Of a DNA stretch of 64,000 nucleotides, positions 39,061-48,661 are shown in pieces. The notes under the pieces were generated by a model that did not search any database, was not told the DNA's origin, and saw only the letters and a program-made list of their open reading frames with translations. The first letter of the stretch is position 1. The number at the start of each line of letters is the position of its first letter. Source of the DNA: Acidobacteriota bacterium (lineage in GTDB: Bacteria; Acidobacteriota; Blastocatellia; RBC074); contig JAFDVL010000009.1 in the NCBI GenBank assembly GCA_018268995.1, forward strand, positions 987 to 64,986, in the 5' to 3' direction. A program made the position numbers and the translations under genes.

Positions 39061-40383
39061 TTACCGCATCGTCACTGTGCTGCCAGCGCCGAGCGAATCA
39101 AGATTCAACTTCAGGTTCCATTTTTCGTTGGATTTCATCATCTTGTCCCAACTCACTTCGTGGCCTTCGTAAGCAGCCATCCGACCCAGAATCGTTGTCA
39201 GCGTTGTTTCGGCTCCATGTTCGCACTGGTTGTCGAACTTGCCCGTTTTGATGCTTTCGACCAGGGCTTTCATCTTCGTACCAACGGCTGCGTGCAAATC
39301 AACCTTGCCGCAATCAATTTTGTCGGCTGTTTTTTGGCCTTCTGCGACTTGATTGTAGCTGATGGTGGCCGGGCCGCTTTGCAACGAATCGGACGCGCCT
39401 TTGGTGCCAAAGAAGCGTTCGCCGGATTGGCGATAGCCTTTGTTCTTGAACTGGTTCGAGTTGAAGCTGATATGAACATCACCCGGATAGGTGTAGGTCA
39501 GGATGAAGTGGTCGCTGCACAGATAATCTGCCGGAACGCCATCCACCTGTTTGCGCAACGCACGACCATTGGTGCCTGTAGCTTTGATCGGATGCGATTT
39601 CAGCGCCCAGTTGACGATGTCCAGAATGTGAATGTTTTGCTCAACCAGAATGTCGCCGGACAAGGCACGGTCAAAGACCCAGTTGCGAATGCGCGCTTCC
39701 AGATCTATCATGCCGGGCTTGTTCTGGCGTCCCAGATCATTGGTGTAATAGAACGTCTGGCCCAGCACGATGTCGCCAATTTCGCCCGCGTGAATACGCT
39801 CAATCATGCCGCGATAGCCCACATCGTACCGCTTTTGCAATCCGACGTGCATGCTGACTTTGCCGTTGTATTTCTTGCCGATATTCATCACCTTCAGACA
39901 ACCCGTGACATCGGTCGCAACGGGTTTTTCAAGATACACGTGCTTGCCCGCGCTGACTGCCGCTTCCAGATGATCAGGATGGAAATACGGTGGGCTGGTG
40001 ACGAGCACCAAATCTACATCTTTGGATTGCACCAATTTTTCATAAGACTTGTGGCCTTTGAAAAGGTTCGTTTCGGCAATTTTGCCGTGGCCTTTTTCTT
40101 CGGCCTTTTTGTCGAAATTGGCGCGTGCTGCCAGCACCTTGTCTTCAAAGATGTCCATCAGTGCCGTGACACGTACGTCGGTGTTGGCGACAAATTCGCC
40201 GCCGTCGTAATTGCCACGTCCGCCGCAGCCAATAATGCCAAGCCCCAGCGATGAATTGGCTTTGTATCCGAAAGCGGTGGCTGCCGGAACGATCAGCAGT
40301 CCCGCGCCTGCTGCCGTAGTGGTTCGCAGAAAGTTACGACGCGAGAGTGATTTCCCGAAAATTGATTTTGATTGCACTTTCAT
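39061..40383 (-). CDS. Tat-exported Gfo/Idh/MocA-family oxidoreductase (periplasmic sugar/inositol dehydrogenase-like)
   Basis: Tat signal SRRNFLRTTTAAGAGLLIVPAATAFG. Rossmann LGLGIIGCGGRG and the EKP motif. The start is assigned to MKVQSK with an AAGGAG RBS. Confidence 0.75.
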   Translation of the reverse strand: MKVQSKSIFGKSLSRRNFLRTTTAAGAGLLIVPAATAFGYKANSSLGLGIIGCGGRGNYDGGEFVANTDVRVTALMDIFEDKVLAARANFDKKAEEKGHGKIAETNLFKGHKSYEKLVQSKDVDLVLVTSPPYFHPDHLEAAVSAGKHVYLEKPVATDVTGCLKVMNIGKKYNGKVSMHVGLQKRYDVGYRGMIERIHAGEIGDIVLGQTFYYTNDLGRQNKPGMIDLEARIRNWVFDRALSGDILVEQNIHILDIVNWALKSHPIKATGTNGRALRKQVDGVPADYLCSDHFILTYTYPGDVHISFNSNQFKNKGYRQSGERFFGTKGASDSLQSGPATISYNQVAEGQKTADKIDCGKVDLHAAVGTKMKALVESIKTGKFDNQCEHGAETTLTTILGRMAAYEGHEVSWDKMMKSNEKWNLKLNLDSLGAGSTVTMR

Positions 40384-40486
40384 GGTGATGATCTCCTTTG
40401 CGCTCATTATAACCAAATGAATGCTTTATGCCAGCTGTTTTAGGTGAATCTGCCAAAGAGAGTGACCGTTAACAATTCGACTTGGA

Positions 40487-42481
40487 TTATCGGGCAAAAA
40501 ATTGCCGCTTGAATTCCTCGTGCCGTTGTCGTGCTATCTCCAGCAGCTTTGTGTACTCGGCCTCACCGCGCAAATTGCTGAGCAGCGGATCATTGACGAA
40601 GTACGGATAGCAAAAAAATCCGCCTTCAATGCTACGCCGAAGCAGCCGCAACGCGGCAGATTTATCGCCTAGTTCAGCAAAGGCTTGCGCGACCTTGTAC
40701 AGTGCTTCGGCATCAGTCACTTTTTGCCTTTCAACTTGTTGTTCGATAGCGCGCAATTGTTCCAACCCCTGTGTGGTTTGTCGGGCGACGTGCAATCGTA
40801 AGGCGTGACCGATTTGGATGTATAACGAGGTCGGATTGCTTTGGTAGGCATCGTCAAAATCAGACATGGCGCGTTCCCAGTTCTTTAAGTAGTAATGACC
40901 CAGACCACGATAAAACATAATAAAGGCTGAAGGGGTTTTGGTCGGCAAACTGGAAAGGAACTTTTCGTATTGCCCATCATAAAAATAACTATTGAAAGCT
41001 GAGCTGTTGAGCTTTACTTCAGGGTCAAGTTGCCGCGCGCGTTCGCCTTCTGCAATAGATTCTTTCAGCATTCCGCCGAACCGATAAGCGTAGCCGAGTT
41101 CCCAGTGCGCTTCAGGATGGTTTGGGTTTGTTGCCAGCGCTTCACGTAACAGTGGCACCGCCTGTTCGACACGTCCCGTATCGGTGAACAGGTTTGCCAT
41201 GAAAATGCGTGCTTCGATCAAGTCAGGATTTAGCGACAATGCTTTTTCATAATCGCTCTGTGCCTTGCGGTAATATTCTTCACCACCGAATTCAAACGCA
41301 GCCTTAGCCGTGTGTGCGCGTCCGAGGTGTGCCCAGGCCAGCGGATAATTGGGCGAAAGACGCACCGATTGTTCCAACATCTGCGTGGCCAGATTGAATT
41401 CATTGCTCGCGTATAAATCCACCCCACGCAGATAAAATTCATATGCCTGTGCATTATCCGGCACGTCGCGTTGCAATCGTGCAGATTCAGCAGAGGTTAA
41501 GGACAAATGCAAGCCGCGAATAATTTCCTGTGCGACACGATCCTGTAGGATCAACTGACCTGTATCTTTCAAATCAATTTCATCTTTCCAAAGCAATCTA
41601 TCCGCCACCACGTCAATCAACTGGGCGGTGACACGCAAATGGCTTTCTTCTTTCAGATAGCTGCCAACCAACAAGGTATCAACGTTCAAGTCCGTCGCCG
41701 CCTTGCGCACATCGAATTCCTGATTTCGGTACTGGCTGACATAGGACGACGGTTTCACGGTCAACGCACTGACATAACCAAGTTTCGTGATGATGGCATC
41801 CGCGAGCGGAAAGCCTAAATAATCGGTTGCTGCATCTGGTTTGAGATTACGAAATGGCAAGACTGCTAAGCGTCGTGCCTGCGGGGAGTTTTTTTGCTGC
41901 CACTTAAATGCTAGAAAGACTCCGACCAGCAGCACCACAAACAGCATCGCCAGGCCGATAAAAAGAATTCTTGCTCTTTGTGGCTTTGTGGTCTGGCCCT
42001 CAGCTATTGGTGTGACGGGATGACTGGGGTCTGGAGTTGATGCCGTATCTTCAGTTGATGGCGGTAACTCTTCGCTTTTGTCCGGGATGGATTTTTCTGC
42101 GGGGATTTTCTGTACGGGAGCAACAAAGCGATAGCCGCGCCGAGGCAAGGTTTCGATGTATTTGATGCCATCGCTGTTTTCGCCTAAGGCTTTGCGCAAG
42201 GTGGAAACGTTTTGTGCCAGATTGGCTTCTTCCACATAAGTATTCGGCCAGACACGATCCATCAAATCGTCTTTGCTCACAAGCTGTCCACTATTTTCCA
42301 GCAACACGAGCAACGTATCGAAGGCTTTGGGGGTCAACCAGACAATCTCGTCTGTCCGCCAAAGTAATCTTTCCTGCGGATCAAGCCGGAAGGGGCCGAA
42401 TTGATATAAAAAATAAGCTGGATCGTTCATCTGCTCTTTCAGAATCGTGTCAGGCACACGCCCATATTTACTGCTTGCCAT
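40487..42481 (-). CDS. CadC-like membrane one-component regulator: N-terminal OmpR-type winged helix, single TM, periplasmic TolB-N-like module + TPR domain
   Basis: wHTH (…FGPFRLDPQERLLWRTDEIVWLTPKAFDTLLVLLENSGQLVSKDDLMDRVWPNTYVEEANLAQNVSTLRKAL). TM (ILFIGLAMLFVVLLVGVFLAF). Conserved periplasmic module (LAVLPFRNLKPDAATDYLGFPLADAIITKLGYVS…) and TPRs. Confidence 0.8.
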   Translation of the reverse strand: MASSKYGRVPDTILKEQMNDPAYFLYQFGPFRLDPQERLLWRTDEIVWLTPKAFDTLLVLLENSGQLVSKDDLMDRVWPNTYVEEANLAQNVSTLRKALGENSDGIKYIETLPRRGYRFVAPVQKIPAEKSIPDKSEELPPSTEDTASTPDPSHPVTPIAEGQTTKPQRARILFIGLAMLFVVLLVGVFLAFKWQQKNSPQARRLAVLPFRNLKPDAATDYLGFPLADAIITKLGYVSALTVKPSSYVSQYRNQEFDVRKAATDLNVDTLLVGSYLKEESHLRVTAQLIDVVADRLLWKDEIDLKDTGQLILQDRVAQEIIRGLHLSLTSAESARLQRDVPDNAQAYEFYLRGVDLYASNEFNLATQMLEQSVRLSPNYPLAWAHLGRAHTAKAAFEFGGEEYYRKAQSDYEKALSLNPDLIEARIFMANLFTDTGRVEQAVPLLREALATNPNHPEAHWELGYAYRFGGMLKESIAEGERARQLDPEVKLNSSAFNSYFYDGQYEKFLSSLPTKTPSAFIMFYRGLGHYYLKNWERAMSDFDDAYQSNPTSLYIQIGHALRLHVARQTTQGLEQLRAIEQQVERQKVTDAEALYKVAQAFAELGDKSAALRLLRRSIEGGFFCYPYFVNDPLLSNLRGEAEYTKLLEIARQRHEEFKRQFFAR

Positions 42482-42625
42482 ACCGCTTGAGTGCTACTTA
42501 TTGGACGGTGAAAGGAGAGTTCCATTTGTAGACTGACGCTGCCGGGAGTCAGCCCTCAAGAATGGATTGTAGCTGGTCGAGCCGGCAAAACTATTCACCG
42601 CGCGGACTCGAAAGGCCACGATAGT

Positions 42626-44569
42626 TTAGAAAAAAGTTCTTTTGAATTCTTCATGGCGTTTGCGCGCCAATTCCAACAATACCGCGAATTCTTTGTCCTT
42701 GCGGAGTGAATCAAGCAAGGGATCGTTCGTAAAATACGGATAACAAAAAAATCCACCTTCCACGCTGTGTCGCAGCACGCGAAGCGCCGCTGCCGTGTCT
42801 CCCAGTACGGCATACGCCTGCGCAATTTTGTAAATCGCTTCGGCATCATTTACCCCGCGCGCCTCAATCACCTTTTCTGTTTCTTTCAATTGTGCAATCC
42901 CGACTTGATTTTGCCCGGCAATGACAAATGACAACGCTTTCCCGATATTGGTATGCAGCAATTCGCGACTTGCCTCAAAGGCTTGATTGAATTCCGTCGT
43001 AGCGCGCGAAAAATCCTTTTGATAATAAAATCCCAACCCACGATAAAACCCAATGTACGGCGAACTGGTACGGGGCAGTTTGTTCAGAAAGGCGTCGTAT
43101 TGCCCCAGATAAAGATAGGTCGCAGGAACGGAGTTGTTGGCTTTGACTTCCGTGTCGAGTTGTCGCGCTCGCTCGACTTCTTCCAGCGATTCTTTCAGCA
43201 TTCCACCGAAGCGATACGCATAGCTCAATTCCCAATGGGCCTGCGCCAATGTGGGATTGGTTTTGAGCACTTCACGCAGGAGCGGCACCGCCTGTTCGAC
43301 GCGATTCGTATCGGTCAGAAAAGTTGCCATCGAAATACGGGCTTCGTTTTGCTCCGGGTTCAGCGCCAGCGCTTTTTGATACGCTTGCTGGGCCTTGGCA
43401 TAATCTTCACGACCTCCGAGATTAACCGAAGCCTTTGCTGTATACGCTGAGCCGAGATGTGCCCAAGCCAGTGCATAGTTGCCGTCAACTGCCAGGGATT
43501 TCTCGATCATTTCAATTGCTTGTGGCAGTTTGTTGATAGCGTACAGATCAATCCCACGAAGATAATATTCATAGGCTAATGGGTTTTGCGGAACATCGCG
43601 TTTCAATCGTTCTGCCTCTGCTGAAGTCAGATTGAGTTGCAAGCCACGGATGACTTGCTCAGCAACACGATCCTGCACCGTCATCAGATTTTCGTATTTC
43701 AGTGCCAGCGCATCTTTCCACAGAATTTCATTGGTCACGACATCCACTAATTGAGCCGTGATGCGCAATTCATCGCCTTCTTTGATGTATGTGCCTGTCA
43801 GCAACGTATTGATATTCAAATCAACGGCGACGCGTTTGGGATCAATATTCTGATCGCGGTATTTGTCTACATAGGATGATGGACGCACGGTCAGCGAACT
43901 GACATAACCAAGTTTCGTGATGATCGAATCCGCCAGTGAAAATCCAAGAAAGTCAGTGGTTGCTTCCTGCTTGAGATTGCGAAACGGCATGATTGCCAGC
44001 GTGCGAGGTGCTGTGATTCCAGGATTCGTTTTGGCTGGTTGTCGAAAGAACGCAAAGTAGGCGAACGCCAGTGGGACAATGATCAGGGATAACGCAATCG
44101 CCAACTGATAGGGCAAGAGCTTTTTCGTTTCGGGTTGTGATGTGGGTGTTTGTGCTTCTGCGACAGCGTCATATTCCTGTGTTTGCATCTCGCTCAGGGC
44201 CGTTCCCTGAGCGTAAGAAGCAAATCCGTTTTCCTGAATTGCTGTAACGTTAACGGTAAAACGATACCCTCGCTTCGGAATCGTTTGGATCAATTGCTGT
44301 CCATCTGGCCCCAGCGCTTTTCGCAACGTTGAAATGTTTTGCGCCAGGGTTGTTTCTTCAACTTTGGTGTCTGGCCAAATGCGGTTGAGCAACTCTTCTT
44401 TGGTTAAGACGCGCCCGCTGTTTTCGACCAAAACCAGCAAGGTCTCAAATGCTTTTGGCGTCAGCGGAATCGGAACTCCGTCGCGCCACAGAATGCGCTC
44501 TTCACGCTCCAGGCGAAACCCCTCGAATTGGTATAAAACCGTATCCTGACTGGTCTTAGCCTCTTTCAT
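42626..44569 (-). CDS. CadC-like membrane one-component regulator, tandem paralog of 40487..42481
   Basis: Same architecture and clearly alignable blocks (…YQFEGFRLEREERILWRDGVPIPLTPKAFETLLVLVENSGRVLTKEELLNRIWPD… and …LAIMPFRNLKQEATTDFLGFSLADSIITKLGYVSSLTVRPSSYV…). Confidence 0.8.
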   Translation of the reverse strand: MKEAKTSQDTVLYQFEGFRLEREERILWRDGVPIPLTPKAFETLLVLVENSGRVLTKEELLNRIWPDTKVEETTLAQNISTLRKALGPDGQQLIQTIPKRGYRFTVNVTAIQENGFASYAQGTALSEMQTQEYDAVAEAQTPTSQPETKKLLPYQLAIALSLIIVPLAFAYFAFFRQPAKTNPGITAPRTLAIMPFRNLKQEATTDFLGFSLADSIITKLGYVSSLTVRPSSYVDKYRDQNIDPKRVAVDLNINTLLTGTYIKEGDELRITAQLVDVVTNEILWKDALALKYENLMTVQDRVAEQVIRGLQLNLTSAEAERLKRDVPQNPLAYEYYLRGIDLYAINKLPQAIEMIEKSLAVDGNYALAWAHLGSAYTAKASVNLGGREDYAKAQQAYQKALALNPEQNEARISMATFLTDTNRVEQAVPLLREVLKTNPTLAQAHWELSYAYRFGGMLKESLEEVERARQLDTEVKANNSVPATYLYLGQYDAFLNKLPRTSSPYIGFYRGLGFYYQKDFSRATTEFNQAFEASRELLHTNIGKALSFVIAGQNQVGIAQLKETEKVIEARGVNDAEAIYKIAQAYAVLGDTAAALRVLRHSVEGGFFCYPYFTNDPLLDSLRKDKEFAVLLELARKRHEEFKRTFF

Positions 44570-44882
44570 AATTCTTTGAAAAGAATCTCAAAACAATTTG
44601 AAGTATTCCTTAAGACTCTTCTGCCTCCAAGAGTGCAAACTCTTACCCTGCACAAAAAGACCGAAGACTGAGTGGATAAAAATAGACCGCTTTTTGGGGG
44701 ATGGGGGAAGTTTATCCCTAAAACGGCGTTCATTTTACCTGCAAGGCATTCTTTGGACAACTGAAGCAGTCAGGGGAAGTTGACACCAGGATCAGAAAGC
44801 TGGGCGCAACGGTTCGTTACCGCTCACAGCACTGGGGTAGGAGCGACTTCCCGTCGTTCTAAAAATTCCAAAAGGGGGGAAA

Positions 44883-47162
44883 ATGAATACTCGTATCAAG
44901 ATTATCTGTTGTTTTGTTTTTCTCGCGGTCGGAGCAGCGATGCTGTGGCCGCGCGGCAATCGCTCGTTTGCGAAGGCCGACGATTTCGATGGACGGTTTA
45001 ATAAGAATCCGCCTACGGCCTCCGGCCCAATTGCTGTGACCTCGGACGACCGTTTTGTGTGGGTCGTCAACCCGGATAACAATTCGGTTTCGATCATTAA
45101 CGTCCACGATGATGCCAATGTCAAAGACGGCGAAATCCGTGTTGGACGCGAACCAAACAACCTTGCGATTTCGCCTGATGATCGGTGGGTTGCGGTCAGC
45201 AATACGGTCAGCGGTACGATCTCAATCATCAATGCCAGAACGCGCCGCGTGGTAGATAACATCCGCGTCGGCACAGAACCTTACGGCATTGCCTTCACGC
45301 CCAACGGGGACAAGCTATATGTTGCCAATGCGACTTCCAACGATATTTCGGTGATTGACACAAATCGCTGGCGTGTGGTCAGAACCATCCGCAATGTTGG
45401 ATTGCAACCACGCGGAATTGCCATTACCAACGATGGCGATGCGCGAGATGATGATGAAAAAGTCTACGTCACACAGTTCTTCGCCGTGCAACGTCCCGGC
45501 ACAGTGATCGGCGCGGATGATTACAAAGAAGGTCGCGTCACCGTGATTTCCACCCGCAATGATCGCGTCGTCAAAGAAGTTGCGTTGGCTCCAATGGCCG
45601 ACGTTGGCTTCAACGCAAACGGCTCCGCGCTCAAACGGATTCCAGCAACCGATCCGGCGACGTTTACCGTGCCGACGGGGGCATTTCCGAACTTCCTCAA
45701 CGCGGTTGTCATCAAAGGCGACAAAGCCTACTTGCCCAACAACGCAGCCTCACCTGATGGCCCGGTGCGATTCAACGTCAACGTGCAATCATTCCTCAAC
45801 GTCATTGACACGACAACAGACAAAGAAGGCGAAGTTGGCGGGCAAAAGCAGACGATCAACATGAATCGCGGCATTCAGTTTGAGGCTGCGACACCGAATC
45901 GTTTGTTTCTGGGTGTCCCGTGGCACATCGCTTTCAAGCGCAACAGCAACGAGGGGTATGTGGTTGCGCAAGCCGCGAACATCGTTGTCAAAGTCGTGTT
46001 GGACGCGAACGGAACGCCTACGATCAACGCTCCGACGCAAGCAGGTGGCTCTGGCAATGTCATTCGCATTCCGGTCGGACAAAATCCGCGCGGCATCGTC
46101 ATCAACAGCACTGACAATCGTGCCTATGTGATGAACGAAGTTTCGCGGGATGTGTATGTGCTGAACCTGGAAACCAACACGGTCAAGTCTGTGGTCAAAG
46201 CCGCTGACCTGCCGCCCCCTGGCACGCTTGAGGCCAGAGTTCACATTGGCAAAGCGATCTTTCACAGCAGCACGGGTGTGAGTTTGCCCGAACTGGGGGC
46301 GGAAGGCGTCATCGGACAACGGCTTTCCAGCGGTGGCTGGAGCGGTTGCATTTCGTGCCATGCCTTCGGGACGACAGACGCCGTCGTCTGGATTTTCGGG
46401 GCAGGCCCGCGTCGTTCGGTGCATTTGAACGGCTCGTTCAATCCGCATAATCCTCAAGACCAAAAGATTCTGAATTACTCAGCAATCTTTGACGAAGTGC
46501 AGGATTTTGAAAACAACATTCGCGGCGTTTCCGGCGGGCTGGGGCTGATCACGCTGGCAGATGGCGTCACGCAAGACCCAACGCTTAACGCCTTTCCGCT
46601 GGCGAATACAGGCCGCAGCCGCGCGCTGGATTCATTAGCAGAATACGTTGCCCGCATTCGCACGCCGATCTCGCCGTTTTCAAATGTCGCTCCATTTACG
46701 CCTTTGGGACGTGAACTGGCACTTGGCCGACAGGTGTTTGAGCAAATGGGCTGTGTGAATTGCCACTCCGGCCCGGGCTGGTCGTCAGCACGTCGCGATT
46801 ACACGCCGCCACCTGCTGCCAGTGAAATCGTTAATGGGCAGGTGATTCGTTTGCTACGCAAAGTCGGCACGTTCAGTGCGGCGAATAGCAATGAAATCCG
46901 GCAGAACGGAGCCGCCCCGCTCGGAGCGGATGGCTATGCGCCGCCTTCGCTGCTGGGAGTTCATGCAATGGGCGAGCTATTCCACAATGGCTCGGCGGAA
47001 ACTTTGGAAGATTTGCTCAAGCAAAAGCCGCATCGGCAAGCGGGCCTGACGAATCCTGCCAATGATGTGCTGGATAATCCGGTTTTCTTCCGCGCCTTAT
47101 TACGATTCGTCCAGTCCATTGATTCTTCGACGCCCCCGTTCCCGTTGAAGAAACTAAATTAA
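44883..47162 (+). CDS. Secreted fusion of a YVTN-family beta-propeller with a C-terminal di-haem cytochrome c peroxidase (CCP/MauG)-like domain
   Basis: Signal/TM MNTRIKIICCFVFLAVGAAML. Repeated YVTN-like blades (…VWVVNPDNNSVSIINV…, …VAVSNTVSGTISIINART…, …LYVANATSNDISVIDTN…). Two CxxCH haem motifs (CISCH, CVNCH) are separated by about 135 aa. The CCP-family distal motif follows (…PPSLLGVHAMGELFHNGSAETLEDLL, compare VPSLRNV…PYFHNGS..TLEE). Confidence 0.7.
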   Translation: MNTRIKIICCFVFLAVGAAMLWPRGNRSFAKADDFDGRFNKNPPTASGPIAVTSDDRFVWVVNPDNNSVSIINVHDDANVKDGEIRVGREPNNLAISPDDRWVAVSNTVSGTISIINARTRRVVDNIRVGTEPYGIAFTPNGDKLYVANATSNDISVIDTNRWRVVRTIRNVGLQPRGIAITNDGDARDDDEKVYVTQFFAVQRPGTVIGADDYKEGRVTVISTRNDRVVKEVALAPMADVGFNANGSALKRIPATDPATFTVPTGAFPNFLNAVVIKGDKAYLPNNAASPDGPVRFNVNVQSFLNVIDTTTDKEGEVGGQKQTINMNRGIQFEAATPNRLFLGVPWHIAFKRNSNEGYVVAQAANIVVKVVLDANGTPTINAPTQAGGSGNVIRIPVGQNPRGIVINSTDNRAYVMNEVSRDVYVLNLETNTVKSVVKAADLPPPGTLEARVHIGKAIFHSSTGVSLPELGAEGVIGQRLSSGGWSGCISCHAFGTTDAVVWIFGAGPRRSVHLNGSFNPHNPQDQKILNYSAIFDEVQDFENNIRGVSGGLGLITLADGVTQDPTLNAFPLANTGRSRALDSLAEYVARIRTPISPFSNVAPFTPLGRELALGRQVFEQMGCVNCHSGPGWSSARRDYTPPPAASEIVNGQVIRLLRKVGTFSAANSNEIRQNGAAPLGADGYAPPSLLGVHAMGELFHNGSAETLEDLLKQKPHRQAGLTNPANDVLDNPVFFRALLRFVQSIDSSTPPFPLKKLN

Positions 47163-47233
47163 TCCGGCCACCCAGACACGCAGGCAAGGTTTAGTTGTCG
47201 GGCCTTGCCTGCTTCCTCACCTGAGAAACCATT

Positions 47234-47359
47234 ATGGCTCCGTTTGATTACTTCCTCATTGGCGCAGGTTCCGCCGGTTGCGTCCTGGCCTGCGCGTCGT
47301 GGACGCTTCCATTTTCCCAACCCAGACAAATGGCTATCCATCGTGATTGCCGTCGCTGA
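47234..47359 (+). pseudogene. Relic of a GMC-family (choline-dehydrogenase-like) FAD oxidoreductase gene: only the N-terminal FAD-binding motif survives
   Basis: The 41-codon ORF MAPFDYFLIGAGSAGCVLACASW… matches the hallmark GMC N-terminus (FDY[IF][IL][VI]GAGSAGCVLA) and then diverges and terminates. It sits in an otherwise ORF-free 530-bp intergenic gap. Confidence 0.5.
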
Positions 47360-47694
47360 AAAGGCGGCTGCGATGATTGGTTAGAATTGGCTTAGTTGGC
47401 ATCGCCCTGAGAAAGAAGTGTCAAGGGTTCAAGCTTCAGCTTGTTTTGGGCCTGCAAAGCCAAACTAAAGTTTGTACTCTTAACCCCTGTCTTCACGCAG
47501 CCTTCAATTCGGCAATAATCCTGCTCGCTAAAAAATCTCTCTTTGTCTGGCAGTTTTCCCGCCCGCATTTCGTCTTACCCGATAGCAGCAAATATTCAGC
47601 ATTCCGTTTCAGCCATTGGCCTGAACGCTAAAAAGCAAACACACAGGGGCCGCATTAGGCTGTCGTGTATTTGCCTGCGAAAGGAGCGATGTGA

Positions 47695-48645
47695 ATGAGA
47701 GCCTTATTAATATTGGTGTTAAGCCTGTTTCTGGCAACTATGGTGTATGCCCAGACCTCGCGTCGCGACTCCGCCAGTTCTTATCTCGAACGCGGCAATC
47801 AATGGTTGAAGAAAGGCGAGGTCGAACGCGCAATTGAAGACTTTTCGCTTGCCGTATCTTCCGATCCAACGCTGGATCAAGCCTACTTCAATCGCGGCGT
47901 CGCGCGCGAACGCAAGGGCGATGCTGAAGGGGCGCTGAGTGATTACAACAAGGCGCTGCGACTCAATGCTCGCAATCTTGATGCCTACTTGAGTCGCGGC
48001 ATTCTGTTTACGCAGCGCAAAGAGTACGAAGCGGCGCTCGGCGATTTCGAGGCCGCGAGCGCGATCAATCCCCGCGATCCGCGTGCGTGGATCAATCGCG
48101 GCGCGACGAATCACATGCGACGTGATTTTGCGGCGGCGTTGCAGAATTACACGCAGGCGGTGAATCTTGCGCCCAAAGATGCCAGAGCGTGGGCGGGGCG
48201 GGGCGGCACGCGGTTCTTTTTGGGCGATCTCGCAGGCGCATTGGCCGATTTGCAACAGGCGTTGCGGCTCAATCCACGCTTGGCACTTGCCTATAATCAG
48301 CGCGCGGAAATCTGGCTGCAACAAAGCGCGCCGGACAAGGCGTTGGCAGATGCAGAGAAAGCGATTCAATGCGACCCGACAATTGCTGAAGTGTGGGCCA
48401 CTCGCGGCGAGGCGTGGTTCGCCAAAGGCAAGCTGGAACGCGCTGTGTCAGATTACGACGAGGCATTGAAGCTGAACCCACAGTTTACGCAAGTCTGGTG
48501 CAATCGCGGCATCGTGCAGTTGCAGTTGAAGCAGGACGCAGCAGCGGAACAGGATTTCGCGCGTTGCCGGGAATTGGGCAGCAGCCTTTCGCCGTATGTC
48601 GAGCAGTGGTTGCAAGCGCAACGAAAGAAGCGAGAGGCGAAATAG
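47695..48645 (+). CDS. Secreted TPR-repeat protein
   Basis: Signal peptide MRALLILVLSLFLATMVYA. Eight or more 34-aa TPR repeats (…AYFNRGVARERKGDAEGALSDYNKALRLNARNLDAYLSRGILF…). Confidence 0.85.
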   Translation: MRALLILVLSLFLATMVYAQTSRRDSASSYLERGNQWLKKGEVERAIEDFSLAVSSDPTLDQAYFNRGVARERKGDAEGALSDYNKALRLNARNLDAYLSRGILFTQRKEYEAALGDFEAASAINPRDPRAWINRGATNHMRRDFAAALQNYTQAVNLAPKDARAWAGRGGTRFFLGDLAGALADLQQALRLNPRLALAYNQRAEIWLQQSAPDKALADAEKAIQCDPTIAEVWATRGEAWFAKGKLERAVSDYDEALKLNPQFTQVWCNRGIVQLQLKQDAAAEQDFARCRELGSSLSPYVEQWLQAQRKKREAK

Positions 48646-48661
48646 CGTTTCGTTGGCAAGC

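Noticed and set aside
39055-40254. 399-aa + strand ORF
   Set aside because: It is completely antisense to the Gfo/Idh/MocA oxidoreductase (39061..40383), which has a Tat signal, a Rossmann motif and an RBS. It has no start context or domain and is a GC-driven artefact. The same reasoning applies to 54850..56151 (+), antisense to the DUF1553 gene, to 50181..51164 (+), antisense to the WD40 kinase, and to 42953..43450 (+).
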